Source of the DNA: Nitrospirota bacterium
Lineage (GTDB): Bacteria > Nitrospirota > UBA9217
Assembly (NCBI GenBank): GCA_963749655.1
Contig: CAVVOB010000012.1
Span: 1 to 64,000 of the forward strand
Length of the DNA: 64,000 nt
Direction of reading: 5' to 3'
The translations under genes were made by a program, and so were the position numbers. Shown here one piece after another: positions 30,072 to 39,022 of the stretch; the stretch's first letter is position 1, and each line of letters opens with the position of its first letter. The notes under the pieces are model-generated. The model worked only from the letters and a program-made list of their open reading frames with translations. It had not been told where the DNA came from and did not search any database.

Positions 30072-30995
30072 TGCTTCACTCCGGTTCGAAATTCATGAGC
30101 GGCCTTGCCTTGATTCCTCAGGCCCAGCACCACCAGGACAACGCCGGCAAGGATCGTCACCATGGCGATGACGCCCGTCACGGTCACCTGTTCTCCGACG
30201 AACCACACCCCGAGCAGCACCGCCAGCGCCGGGTTCACATAGGAGTAGCTGGTGGCGAGCGCCGGCCGGACGTTTTTGAGCAAGTACGTATACGCCGTGT
30301 ACCCGAGGAGCGATCCGAACAGGGCCAGATAAGCCAGGGCGACGACCGCCCGTACCGGCGGGTGCAGCGGGACCCGTTCGCCGGACAGAAAACCGACAAC
30401 CAGGACAACCAGCCCGCCCGAGAACATCTGCGCCGCGCTCGACATCATGCCCGAGGGGAGTCTGAGGCGCAGGCTGAGCACGGAGCCGAATGACCAGGAC
30501 ATGGCCGACAGGACCAGCAGGAGCGCGCCGAGAGGGTGCGTCCTCAGGTCGCCTTCCAGGTTCAGCAGGACGATGCCTGCAAAGCCGAGGACCAGGCCGA
30601 TCCATTCGTTCCGCGCAGGCCACTGTTTCCAGATGCCCGGCGAACAAAACAGTCCAGAGCGGCGTAGTGGCAACGACAAGCGCCGCGGTGCCCGACCCCA
30701 CCCACTGCATGGCGTAGACCACGCCGCCGGTGCCGCCGAGCAACAGAAAAGCCCCGATGATCGAGGAATTGCGCCACTCCGACCGGCTCGGAGAAGACGC
30801 GCCGCGCATTTTCAGATACAGAAACATACCGGCGCCGACGATCATGTATCTGAATCCCGCTGTAAAAAAGGGCGGGAAGCTTTCCAGTGAATAGCGGATC
30901 GCAAGATAGGTCGAGCTCCATGCAAGATACAGGGTCGCCAGCGCCGCGATGACGCGTGTTCTTTTTGTTGTTCCGTCGTCCGTCATCTCACTCAT
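30068..30995 (-). CDS. yedA: DMT/EamA drug-metabolite permease YedA-like (frameshifted)
   Basis: YLAWSSTYLAIR..ESFPP, Y.YLLKNVRPALATSYSYVNPALAVLLG; two overlapping ORFs. Confidence 0.8.
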
Positions 30996-31429
30996 TGCCC
31001 GGCTGCGGAAGCGCCGGAGCCCTTTTGCCCCATCTTTTCGTCGAATCGCTTTTTGCTGATCACGAAGCGGTCATGGGTCCCTGTGCCGATGGTCTCCCTT
31101 TCGTCACGCGCTTCCACCGTAAATTTCAGACGCCGTCCCTCGACTTCGACCAGCGTCACCCGCGCGGTCACCTTCATGCCGGTCGGCGTTGCGGCGATAT
31201 GTGACATGTCGACATGGGTACCGACAGTCTGTTCCTCCGGCCAGTCAAGATGGGGGTTGACCGCCCTGATGCAGGCCCACTCGATGAAGCCGACCATGAA
31301 GCCCGTGGCGAAGACCTTCGGCATCGCCTGAAATTCGGGCGCTTCCGGATACAGCGCCGGGACCGTCTTGGATTCGCCGACCACAATGGTAAATTCGGAC
31401 GTTATTCCGGGCTTTAATGTGTCTTTCAT
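30992..31429 (-). CDS. FlK-like (fluoroacetyl-CoA) hotdog thioesterase
   Basis: VFATGFMVGFIEWAC, TVGTHVDMSH.AATP.G, GTHDR. Confidence 0.85.
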   Translation of the reverse strand: MKDTLKPGITSEFTIVVGESKTVPALYPEAPEFQAMPKVFATGFMVGFIEWACIRAVNPHLDWPEEQTVGTHVDMSHIAATPTGMKVTARVTLVEVEGRRLKFTVEARDERETIGTGTHDRFVISKKRFDEKMGQKGSGASAAGQ

Positions 31430-31480
31430 GCCGTCTCTCCTTTTTTGGTCCTTTCATGTGCCGCCTGCCTCTGCAGGAGG

Positions 31481-31519
31481 AAATAAAAAAAGGCCACGGA
31501 ATCTGTTTTCCGTGGCCTT
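31481..31519 (-). terminator. Intrinsic terminator inside a 5' leader (attenuator)
   Basis: 12-bp stem aaggccacggaa/ttccgtggcctt with 6-nt loop, followed by a U-tract on the minus strand, ~50 nt upstream of the FlK start. Confidence 0.75.
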
Positions 31520-31551
31520 GTGGGTGTCTGCTATTCTATTGATGAAAAAAG

Positions 31552-31638
31552 TTAATAGAATCCCCCCTCAGCCACGGCTTTACCATGCCATGCTGCCTTG
31601 CGTGCGACCGTAAGGGTGGTGAGATTCATAATGATCAT
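31552..31638 (-). CDS. Putative attenuator leader peptide MIIMNLTTLTVARKAAWHGKAVAEGGFY
   Basis: Short ORF starting at the predicted TSS. It contains gccgtggc, complementary to the 5' arm of the terminator. Confidence 0.4.
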   Translation of the reverse strand: MIIMNLTTLTVARKAAWHGKAVAEGGFY

Positions 31639-31644
31639 GAGGTG

Positions 31645-31673
31645 AATATAATGAAACTCCCGGCGGCTGTCAA
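31645..31673 (-). promoter_or_regulatory. Sigma70 promoter
   Basis: TTGACA - 17 nt - TATATT. Confidence 0.7.
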
Positions 31674-31690
31674 GAAAAATTTCGGGGATT

Positions 31691-32113
31691 TCAGAATTCG
31701 ATCACCGGGATCTCACTCTCCCGCATGTTCTGCTGGAGCGTCCAGAAATGCGCCCTGCCGCGGGACAGCCGCAGGAGAATGAAACGGGGGTCGTCCACCT
31801 TTCCGCCAAAGGACCTGAGATAATCCCGTTCGTTCAGGAGCTGCTGCTTCTTCTCGCGGTCGTCGATGATCTCGACCGCGCCCGAGATCCGCAGCATGGT
31901 CCGGAAGTCCCGCGAGCAGCAGCACAGCTCTATGTTCGGATTTTTGCTGATCTGGGAATAAACGCTCTTCATTGTTCCGGTGGTAAAATAGATGTTCCCG
32001 TCATCGAACAGGACGATCAGGAAGCCCCGCACCCTCGGTTGGTCGCCGTCGATCGTGGCGACGAAGCAGACGGGGTTTTCCCGAACAAACCGCATGACCT
32101 CCTCTTTTGACAT
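31691..32113 (-). CDS. Pyridoxamine 5'-phosphate oxidase family protein
   Basis: FVATIDGDQPRVR, YFTTGTMKSVYSQISKNPNIELC. Confidence 0.85.
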   Translation of the reverse strand: MSKEEVMRFVRENPVCFVATIDGDQPRVRGFLIVLFDDGNIYFTTGTMKSVYSQISKNPNIELCCCSRDFRTMLRISGAVEIIDDREKKQQLLNERDYLRSFGGKVDDPRFILLRLSRGRAHFWTLQQNMRESEIPVIEF

Positions 32114-32633
32114 GGCAGTCTCCTTTCGTTCCCGGCTGTCCCACTATAAAGAATCACGATGAGGGACGCCTTCAAAATCCGATCATTTTTTTTAAGAATT
32201 CCATTATTCTTCAGGAGCTGAAGAAGTATCCCGTGACAAGTGCAGTCCCCGCGTTCCCCGCGTCTCCGCGTGAGGCGCCTTCTTCTGTTAAGGAACGTGC
32301 TGAAATAGCGGAGGGGACATCTTGGTTTTTGTATCACGCGGAGGCGCGGAGGAAGGCATTCTTAGGGAGGCCGAAGTTATCATGGTAAGTTTATTGTCCA
32401 CATGGCTTAGCTGCTGAACGAAAGGAAGTGATCTCATGGGAAACGGAACAGGCGGCAGCGAGCATTGCAGAAGCAAAAGGGGAAGAATGCGAAAGACGGG
32501 GAAAACAGTCATGAAAGATACATCATTCTTGCGGCAGGGGACAGGCCGGTGGTGTCCCTCCCCGTTTTTTTGTGTCAGGGAGGGGCTCCGGTCCCCTGCG
32601 GTTGCGTCTCGTCAAGCAACAGGCGCCTGCGAT

Positions 32634-33020
32634 TTATTTCAGCCCGTCCACGCTCCATTTGACGCCGCCCCGGCAGGCAATGAGGAGGAAAACGAAACAG
32701 TAGAGAACGGCCAGTTCGCCTTGGTTCACTGCCGGAAAGAACTTGGGTCCCAGCTGGAACTTCCAGTGGAACTGGATATACGCCACTGCCATCTCGCCGC
32801 TGCAGAGGAAGGCCGCCCAGCGGGTCTTCAATCCCAGCATGACCGCGAGCCCCGCGACGAGCTCGATGAGCCCGCCGAACCAGAGTTGGGACCCCAGGGG
32901 CGGCTGGAAGTCGGAGAGTATTCCCAGGATCTTCTGGGCGCCGTGGAACGCGAACATGAATCCGGTGATGATTCGCATCAATGCATAGGCGTGGTCGGAG
33001 TACTTTGCAAGCATTTTCAT
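32634..33020 (-). CDS. DoxX family membrane protein
   Basis: RIITGFMFAFHGAQK, SGEMAVAY, NQGELAVLYCFVFL. Confidence 0.9.
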   Translation of the reverse strand: MKMLAKYSDHAYALMRIITGFMFAFHGAQKILGILSDFQPPLGSQLWFGGLIELVAGLAVMLGLKTRWAAFLCSGEMAVAYIQFHWKFQLGPKFFPAVNQGELAVLYCFVFLLIACRGGVKWSVDGLK

Positions 33021-33198
33021 GAGGGCATCCTCCTTAACTGTGCGGTGATGGCATCTTGATAGAATTATACCCCCGGGAAAAGGAGGCGGGGGATTTGAGG
33101 GGAAATATTCTCTGGAAGACCGGCATGGGTCAGACGGAGGGCGCCTTCCTATCGGGGGGCGATCTTCCGGTGAATCGTATCAATCCCGCCGGGGCCTG

Positions 33199-34611
33199 CT
33201 AGGAAGGGGTATCAGGTCCATCTGGACGGGATAGCAGCGGGAGGGGAATATTTACCGACACACAGGTGCCGGCATCGGAGGTGAACATGACGGTGCCGCC
33301 GATTTCGGCGGCGCGGACCTTCATATTCGATACGCCGCGGCCCTTGCCGGAATGCGCAGCATGGTCGTAGCCGAGCCCGTTGTCCCGAATGGTAAGCGAG
33401 ATTCGTTCCTTGTTCACCTGAAATCCCACGGTGACATTTTTTGCTTTCGAATGCTTGATGACGTTGGTGAGGGCCTCCCGGTAGATCCGGAACAGGTGCA
33501 GGCACAGAAGGCTTCCCGGCCTCGTAACGCTTTCATCAATTTCCGCTTTTAAATCGAATGCGATCGCGTGGTGCTCGACGGTCTTTGTGCCCCGGTTGCG
33601 CAGCTCGGCGATGAGCGTGTGCCAGTTCAGATCGTTCCGGTCGAGACTGTACATAAGGCTCCTGATCTCTCCCATCCCTTCGCGCGACAGCTCCAGAATC
33701 GTATTCAGCGATTTGCTGATATCCTCCTGCGAAGATGCTTTCAGGGCGACTTCGGTGAGCATGCATATGTTCGTCGTTATGCCGCCGATGCCGTCGTGAA
33801 TGTCCATGAGAATCTTTTGAAACGCCTGCTGGGCCGCCCGGCGCTCATCAAGCATCGTATTAAATGCTGTTGCAAGCTTTCCTACTTCGTCCGTTCCCGT
33901 TACGGGCACCTGGGTGACTATGCCTCCCTGGCCCATGACCCTCACATTCTCAGTCAGCGCCTCCAGAGGATGCGTGATTTTTTTCACCCCCAGATATACG
34001 ACAAAGGCGCTCGCGCAGATGAAAATAAAGGCGATGATCGCATTTCGTTTCAGCATGCACAGGATCTCCCGGTCCAGGGCTTCTTTGCCCAAAACGATCC
34101 TTACATGCCCGATCACGCGGGTATTCGTGCCGGGCTCCTGATCGCCGAAATAGAGCACCTTTTCTTCATTCGGATAAATCGTTAGAACGACGGGCTTCAT
34201 GAACTCCAGCGTACGATCGGTAGCCTGTGTCGGCGTGGCCAGTTCCGTTTTTATGACCTCATCAGGCGTCCCGGGTTCCCGATTAAAATCTGTATTCGCC
34301 GACGATTTGCTGATCACGTATAACTGCTTCATGTCGGCGTTGTATATTTCCACGAGAACGACGTCCGGTTCAGCGGCTACACCGGCGGCAACGTCCTTCA
34401 AAAGATCCCTGTTTTCCGCAAAAACGCCCGTCCGAGAACTGTATGCAAGGAGGTTCGTCAGCAGCTCGCCCTTGTTCGTGAGCTCCTTTCGCACCCGTCG
34501 CTCCTCCGAGAAAACGGCGAAAAGCGTATAGACCGTGAGCATGGTCACAATAATGAGAATGGATGCGCTGAGCAGCCTGAATACGAGGCCTTTTTCAGGG
34601 AATAATTTCAT
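33199..34611 (-). CDS. Membrane sensor histidine kinase (periplasmic domain, HAMP, HisKA_3-type H-box, HATPase)
   Basis: Two TM helices, DEVGKLATAFNTM, DIHDGIGG, EALTNVIKHS, DNGLG, GRGVSNM; GGAG RBS before ATG at 34611. Confidence 0.9.
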   Translation of the reverse strand: MKLFPEKGLVFRLLSASILIIVTMLTVYTLFAVFSEERRVRKELTNKGELLTNLLAYSSRTGVFAENRDLLKDVAAGVAAEPDVVLVEIYNADMKQLYVISKSSANTDFNREPGTPDEVIKTELATPTQATDRTLEFMKPVVLTIYPNEEKVLYFGDQEPGTNTRVIGHVRIVLGKEALDREILCMLKRNAIIAFIFICASAFVVYLGVKKITHPLEALTENVRVMGQGGIVTQVPVTGTDEVGKLATAFNTMLDERRAAQQAFQKILMDIHDGIGGITTNICMLTEVALKASSQEDISKSLNTILELSREGMGEIRSLMYSLDRNDLNWHTLIAELRNRGTKTVEHHAIAFDLKAEIDESVTRPGSLLCLHLFRIYREALTNVIKHSKAKNVTVGFQVNKERISLTIRDNGLGYDHAAHSGKGRGVSNMKVRAAEIGGTVMFTSDAGTCVSVNIPLPLLSRPDGPDTPS

Positions 34612-34615
34612 TTCG

Positions 34616-35566
34616 CTACTCCACTTTTTCCGCATTTCGAATTGCCTCTTCGTCGAGCCGTAATCCGATTTTTGCAGCAACCTTCGTGTTCACGATGAGG
34701 TGGGGGGTTCTTGCATAAGCGCGAGAGGGAGCTCTTTCGCCCCCGGTCAGGTGCCGTACCTGCTCTCCGGCCTGGACTCCCATATCGTAGGGGTCAATCG
34801 TCAATGCGGCCACCGCCCCTCGCTCGACGTATTTTTTTGCGAAGGAGAAGACCGGCAGCTTGTTCTGAAAGGAAAAGAGCATCAGGTACTCGATTGTTTC
34901 GGAGTTGACGAGCGTCGAATCCGGCAGCATCCACAGAATATCAACCTTGTCCCGCAGTTCATTCAAAGCCGCAGGCACCTGCTGCGGATTGCCGACCGGC
35001 TTGATGATCAGGGTCATCCCTCTGTTCCGGGCGACGGCTGACGCCTCCTCGACGAAGGGGCCCGTATGTTCAGGGTCAAAGAGCACCCCGATCCTTTTGG
35101 CCGAGGGAAAAAGCGGGGCCATGGCTGCAAAGTACGTTGCCGGCGCAATGTCCATGCTCACGCCCGATACGTTGTCCGCAGAAAGAACCGCCGTTTCGGA
35201 CGGGATCACCATGGTGTAGATTATCGGAACGTCCTGGATAGTTCGCGCTTTTTTGAACGCCTTGGTGCCGACGGCGAAGATCGCGCTGGGGCGCTCGGCT
35301 TCGACGATGGCCAGCACGTCGTTGTCCGAAAGCCCCAGCTCTTTCATCGTGCAGCCGCAGGCGGTCTTGAATCCCTGAATTGCGTCACGGTAGGGTTTGA
35401 TATCGGTGTCTTTTATGACGATGACTTCATGAGCTGCTGCGGGGAGGGGCAGACCGAACAGGCACAGCATGAGCGCAGCCCCGACAACGACGGCGCTCAG
35501 TTTGCTGCCGTGAATAATGCAGGGCCGGTGAGTGGCAGATGGACGGAGGTTATGACTTGTCCGCAT
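34616..35566 (-). CDS. ABC-type periplasmic substrate-binding protein (ABC_sub_bind family), no cognate permease nearby
   Basis: Signal peptide ending PAAA-H, IFAVGT.A, GVSM, KRIGVLFDP, LWMLPD, V..GA, INTKVA..IG; start uncertain. Confidence 0.85.
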   Translation of the reverse strand: MRTSHNLRPSATHRPCIIHGSKLSAVVVGAALMLCLFGLPLPAAAHEVIVIKDTDIKPYRDAIQGFKTACGCTMKELGLSDNDVLAIVEAERPSAIFAVGTKAFKKARTIQDVPIIYTMVIPSETAVLSADNVSGVSMDIAPATYFAAMAPLFPSAKRIGVLFDPEHTGPFVEEASAVARNRGMTLIIKPVGNPQQVPAALNELRDKVDILWMLPDSTLVNSETIEYLMLFSFQNKLPVFSFAKKYVERGAVAALTIDPYDMGVQAGEQVRHLTGGERAPSRAYARTPHLIVNTKVAAKIGLRLDEEAIRNAEKVE

Positions 35567-36857
35567 TATCGTATTTGACGTCTTGAAGTACGAGCGATTG
35601 CAGCGCTTTGTCGAAATAGTGCTTTCTGCAATCGATACCCTGCATGCTTCCGTCATGGATAAGTTTCATGTACTTGCATCCCCCGAAACAGAGCGGCAGA
35701 TAGCAGCAGGAAAGGCATTTCTCGTTTTTCCAGTCGTCAAGCGCATGGGATCGCCGGTAGTCGGCCAACCCGTTCCTGAGATCGCCTACGCTGCAATGTT
35801 CCCTTCCGATCATGCCGGGGCACTTGTACAGCGTTCCGTCGAAGTTCACTACAATGTTTTCGTGAATTGCCATCATGCAAATCGCCGGACCGACCTTCCG
35901 CGTGCGAAATCCGCGCTTCAAAATTTCTTCTCTCAGAAAGGTCCCGGCGTCGATCAGCCATGGCTCTTCCGACGACATGCAGCCGTCATGAAAATCGGGA
36001 GGGGAGAATTCTCCCCGTTCGTTGATGACCGGGCCGAAACTCACGAATGAAATTTTTTCGGGGGTGAGGCCCGTGTCGAGGAAATGATCGAGCAGCCGGG
36101 GGAAGACCCGGTAGTGCTCCCGGGTATAATTGCCACCGACCTGCACATCGATCAGACCGCAGACGTCGCGGAGATTGCCGACAATAGTGTCGAACGACCC
36201 CGTGCCGGATTTGAAGGGCCTGAACAGGTCATGTACCTCGCGGGGACCGTCCAGAGTCACGCCTGCTCCGGCAAGCCCGAGAGGCTTCAGTTTTTCCACG
36301 ATGCGCCGCGTAAGCAGTGTCCCGTTCGTGATCAGGGAAAATGTGAATTCCATGTTCCGTTCTTCCGCAAGGCCCCTCATTTCCTCGGCAACACGAACGA
36401 TCATGTCAGTGCTCAAGAGCGGTTCGCCGCCGTAGAACGTGATATTGATTTCGTCCTTGTCTTCCAAGTCCCTGGACCGGACAAAAGCGGTGAATTGCTT
36501 TGCTGTCTCGACGGACAGATAGTGTTTGCCTTTTCTCGTGCCTTCGAAGCAGTATTTACATCCGAGGTTGCAGTCGAGATTGAGCACGACGAGGGCGCAG
36601 AACGCGTTGTTGCCGCTGTTCAGCTCATCGAGGTATGTGCGCATCTGCCGCTCTTCGGTCTGGGGGCTCCGCACGAGGAACCCCTCGGAGCTGAGAGTCC
36701 TGCGTTCTCCGGCCGGCAAACGGCCTTTCTCGATATCATCGAGAACCTCAGGCGAAACGCTGACCACGGACGTCGTCCGTGTTGAAAAGAGCGATACAAG
36801 ACCTGGTTCTTCAGGATCATGAAAGCGTATGCAGTATCTGGATAAGTGCATGGTCAT
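35550..36857 (-). CDS. gptM: Radical SAM/SPASM peptide maturase, geopeptide-maturase type
   Basis: CNLGCKYC, FYGGEPLL, ITNGTLL, TLDG...HD..R; SPASM Cys set (ICM..YKCP..CLSCCYLPLCFGGC..IDC); ~80-aa N-terminal extension starting MHLSRY. Subfamily call is from memory. Confidence 0.85.
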   Translation of the reverse strand: MTMHLSRYCIRFHDPEEPGLVSLFSTRTTSVVSVSPEVLDDIEKGRLPAGERRTLSSEGFLVRSPQTEERQMRTYLDELNSGNNAFCALVVLNLDCNLGCKYCFEGTRKGKHYLSVETAKQFTAFVRSRDLEDKDEINITFYGGEPLLSTDMIVRVAEEMRGLAEERNMEFTFSLITNGTLLTRRIVEKLKPLGLAGAGVTLDGPREVHDLFRPFKSGTGSFDTIVGNLRDVCGLIDVQVGGNYTREHYRVFPRLLDHFLDTGLTPEKISFVSFGPVINERGEFSPPDFHDGCMSSEEPWLIDAGTFLREEILKRGFRTRKVGPAICMMAIHENIVVNFDGTLYKCPGMIGREHCSVGDLRNGLADYRRSHALDDWKNEKCLSCCYLPLCFGGCKYMKLIHDGSMQGIDCRKHYFDKALQSLVLQDVKYDNADKS

Positions 36858-36863
36858 CTCAAT

Positions 36864-36898
36864 GAAAAAGAAAGAACAGGGGAGAGCGAGCTCTCCCC
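36864..36898 (-). terminator. Hairpin plus U-rich tract between precursor peptide and maturase
   Basis: ggggagag-cgag-ctctcccc perfect 8-bp stem (36879-36898), followed on the minus strand by tgttctttctttttc. Confidence 0.7.
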
Positions 36899-36911
36899 GA
36901 ATGAGTTGTTG

Positions 36912-37100
36912 CTAGCGACGGTACGTGATCATTGTCCCCCAGGGACAGCATAATGGCATTGAGGCTTTGGCCTTTGCCGACTTCTTCTTGGCTGTTTTCT
37001 TTTTTGCTGCCTTCTTCTTGGTTGCCTTTTTCTTTGTTGCTTTCTTCTTTGCCGACTTCTTCTTTGTTGCCTTCTTCTTGACCTTTACGCGTGCCGCCAT
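36912..37100 (-). CDS. Candidate RiPP precursor peptide, 62 aa, Lys-repeat leader and CCPWGTMITYRR core
   Basis: AGGAGGTG RBS before ATG at 37100; MAARVKV(KKKxx)7-like repeat then KAKASMPLCCPWGTMITYRR; directly upstream of the rSAM/SPASM gene. Confidence 0.8.
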   Translation of the reverse strand: MAARVKVKKKATKKKSAKKKATKKKATKKKAAKKKTAKKKSAKAKASMPLCCPWGTMITYRR

Positions 37101-37147
37101 CTTTTTCACCTCCTCATTGGATTGACTTCCCCGACATATGTCATCCC

Positions 37148-39022
37148 CTAAAACTTGCAACGAATTCCGGCTTCGTACCATCGTTCAGGGTTCTTATATA
37201 CATCTAGTACATACTGGGAGCCGTTAAAAATATTGTGGGCAGCCGCAAAGACCTCCAGGGACGAATATTTGCGAACAGACATCTTTTTTGTCATGGTGAG
37301 ATCGAATATAAAGGAATCGTATTTCCCGTTGTAGGAAGGATCCGCGTTCCAATCGACATAGCGTCCCTGGAGCAGGGCCTTGAGCGATCGCGTGTCGTCG
37401 TAGCGGAGAGCAAGATCATAGACCTGTGTCGGTATGTTGTGCAATCTCTGGCCCGTAGCGGCGTCAACTGCATCGACGTACTCCGCGCCCGCAGAGAGGG
37501 AGGTATTGTATACGGGAACGGTCTTCATGGCGAACTCAATCCCCTGGCGGCGCTGGCTTCCGCCATTTACGAGCAATATTGTCGTCGCCGAGCTTGTATC
37601 TACGGTGATGGCGTCATCGATGTCGTTCCTAAATGCGGAAAGTTTCAGCCAGAGGGACTTCACTGCAGTCGTTTCCGCTCCCACTTGGTACGCTATGACC
37701 GTCTCCATTTTGAGATCGGGATTAGCGGTGAAGTAAATGCCGTCCCCGAAGGTTTCTGCAAGCGTGGGGATGCTGAATCCCCGTGCGGCTGAAGCCCTCA
37801 GAATTGTGCTGTTCGCAATGCCGTAGGTGAGCCCCAGGCTCGGACTTGCCATATCTCCATTCGTATTGGTGCTGTCATACCGGATGCCGGGGGTGACTGA
37901 AAGCTTGTTGAACGTAAGGGTATCATTGGCATAGAAGGCAGATTTCTTAATTCCCTGCTCCCCGTTCGCCAAATTGTTCCATTTCAGCCTCTTGTCATCA
38001 TAATCGGCCCCCGCGACGATCGTCTGAGAGGGACTTTTCCAGGTCAGTTTCGCGCTTGCGCCGTATCCCTCATCAACAGCTCTGCTTTCCTGGAGAAATG
38101 CGCCCGTACTGAGCTGATGGTTCGTACTTATAAAGTCCTGACGAAGAGTTCGGAGAGAAACGTTCAGGTCCAGGTTCTTGCGGAGAGTGGAATTCAAGGC
38201 CATGGTTGCATGCAGGATTTCCAGGGAGTTCTCATAGGACAGATCAAAGAGTGGATCAAGTCCCGTATTGCGGGTTGTATTCATATAGCCGACCGCAGCA
38301 AGAATATCGGTATGGTCCGAAAGATCATAGGAGAATTTTGCATAGGTATTGTTCTCCCTGACATCGGAGTAGAGCGTCAGACCGTCCGACTGCAGGTTCC
38401 CGGCGGAGAGATAGTAACCGAACCCGTTCTGCTTGCCCCGCGCCTCCGCACGCGAGTCGATTGTGTTCCTTGTTCCGTAGGATGCGGAAACCATACCGCC
38501 GCTGTTGTCTTTCGTTCCGGACTTGGTGATGATGTTGATTACGCCCCCGAGGGCCGAGCCCCAGGCCGAGGATGCCGGACCTTTGATGATCTCGATTTTT
38601 TCGATGTTCTGCACGGGGAGAATCCCGAGGTCGGCGATATTGTTGGCGACGTTGTTCAGGATGATTCCATCAATGATCACGGTCACGTGCTTGGTGTCCG
38701 ATCCTTGTATATATGCTTGGGCTATCTGTCCGGGGCCCCCGGTCATCCATACGACGACGCCGGGGACCGTATTCAGCACCTCGGCAACGGTATGGGCGTT
38801 CATGAGCTCGATGTCCGCGGCCGTGACCACGGAAATGTTCTCGGCGGTCCGGGAAATCGGTTTGGAGCTCCGCGTTGCGGACTGCACAACAAGCTCTTCT
38901 TCTTTGAAGTACATCAGGAGAAAGTTTTTTTCTTCGTCGGGCTGCGCCAGGGCGGGGGAACAGAAGGTCAACAGATAGGCGATAGCGGCTAGAACGCTGA
39001 CGGTCTTGGCAAGTCTTTTCAT
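37148..39022 (-). CDS. TonB-dependent outer membrane receptor
   Basis: Signal peptide, VVQSATR TonB-box region, plug (AEVLNTVPGV, IEKIEIIKGPASSAWG), NPDLKME, NIFN, C-terminal F. Confidence 0.92.
   Translation of the reverse strand: MKRLAKTVSVLAAIAYLLTFCSPALAQPDEEKNFLLMYFKEEELVVQSATRSSKPISRTAENISVVTAADIELMNAHTVAEVLNTVPGVVVWMTGGPGQIAQAYIQGSDTKHVTVIIDGIILNNVANNIADLGILPVQNIEKIEIIKGPASSAWGSALGGVINIITKSGTKDNSGGMVSASYGTRNTIDSRAEARGKQNGFGYYLSAGNLQSDGLTLYSDVRENNTYAKFSYDLSDHTDILAAVGYMNTTRNTGLDPLFDLSYENSLEILHATMALNSTLRKNLDLNVSLRTLRQDFISTNHQLSTGAFLQESRAVDEGYGASAKLTWKSPSQTIVAGADYDDKRLKWNNLANGEQGIKKSAFYANDTLTFNKLSVTPGIRYDSTNTNGDMASPSLGLTYGIANSTILRASAARGFSIPTLAETFGDGIYFTANPDLKMETVIAYQVGAETTAVKSLWLKLSAFRNDIDDAITVDTSSATTILLVNGGSQRRQGIEFAMKTVPVYNTSLSAGAEYVDAVDAATGQRLHNIPTQVYDLALRYDDTRSLKALLQGRYVDWNADPSYNGKYDSFIFDLTMTKKMSVRKYSSLEVFAAAHNIFNGSQYVLDVYKNPERWYEAGIRCKF

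Noticed and set aside
7012-31429. Integron cassette array
   Set aside because: No intI and no recurring RYYYAAC...GTTRRRY attC pattern seen; many genes overlap by 4 nt, leaving no room for attC sites.
32114-32633. Small ORFs or ncRNA between the PNPOx-like gene and doxX
   Set aside because: Only a REP-like palindrome and a possible hairpin are visible; no supportable coding or RNA family signal.
37101-37181. Longer 89-aa version of the precursor given by the ORF track
   Set aside because: It overlaps the TBDR stop, whereas the ATG at 37100 has an ideal Shine-Dalgarno sequence.
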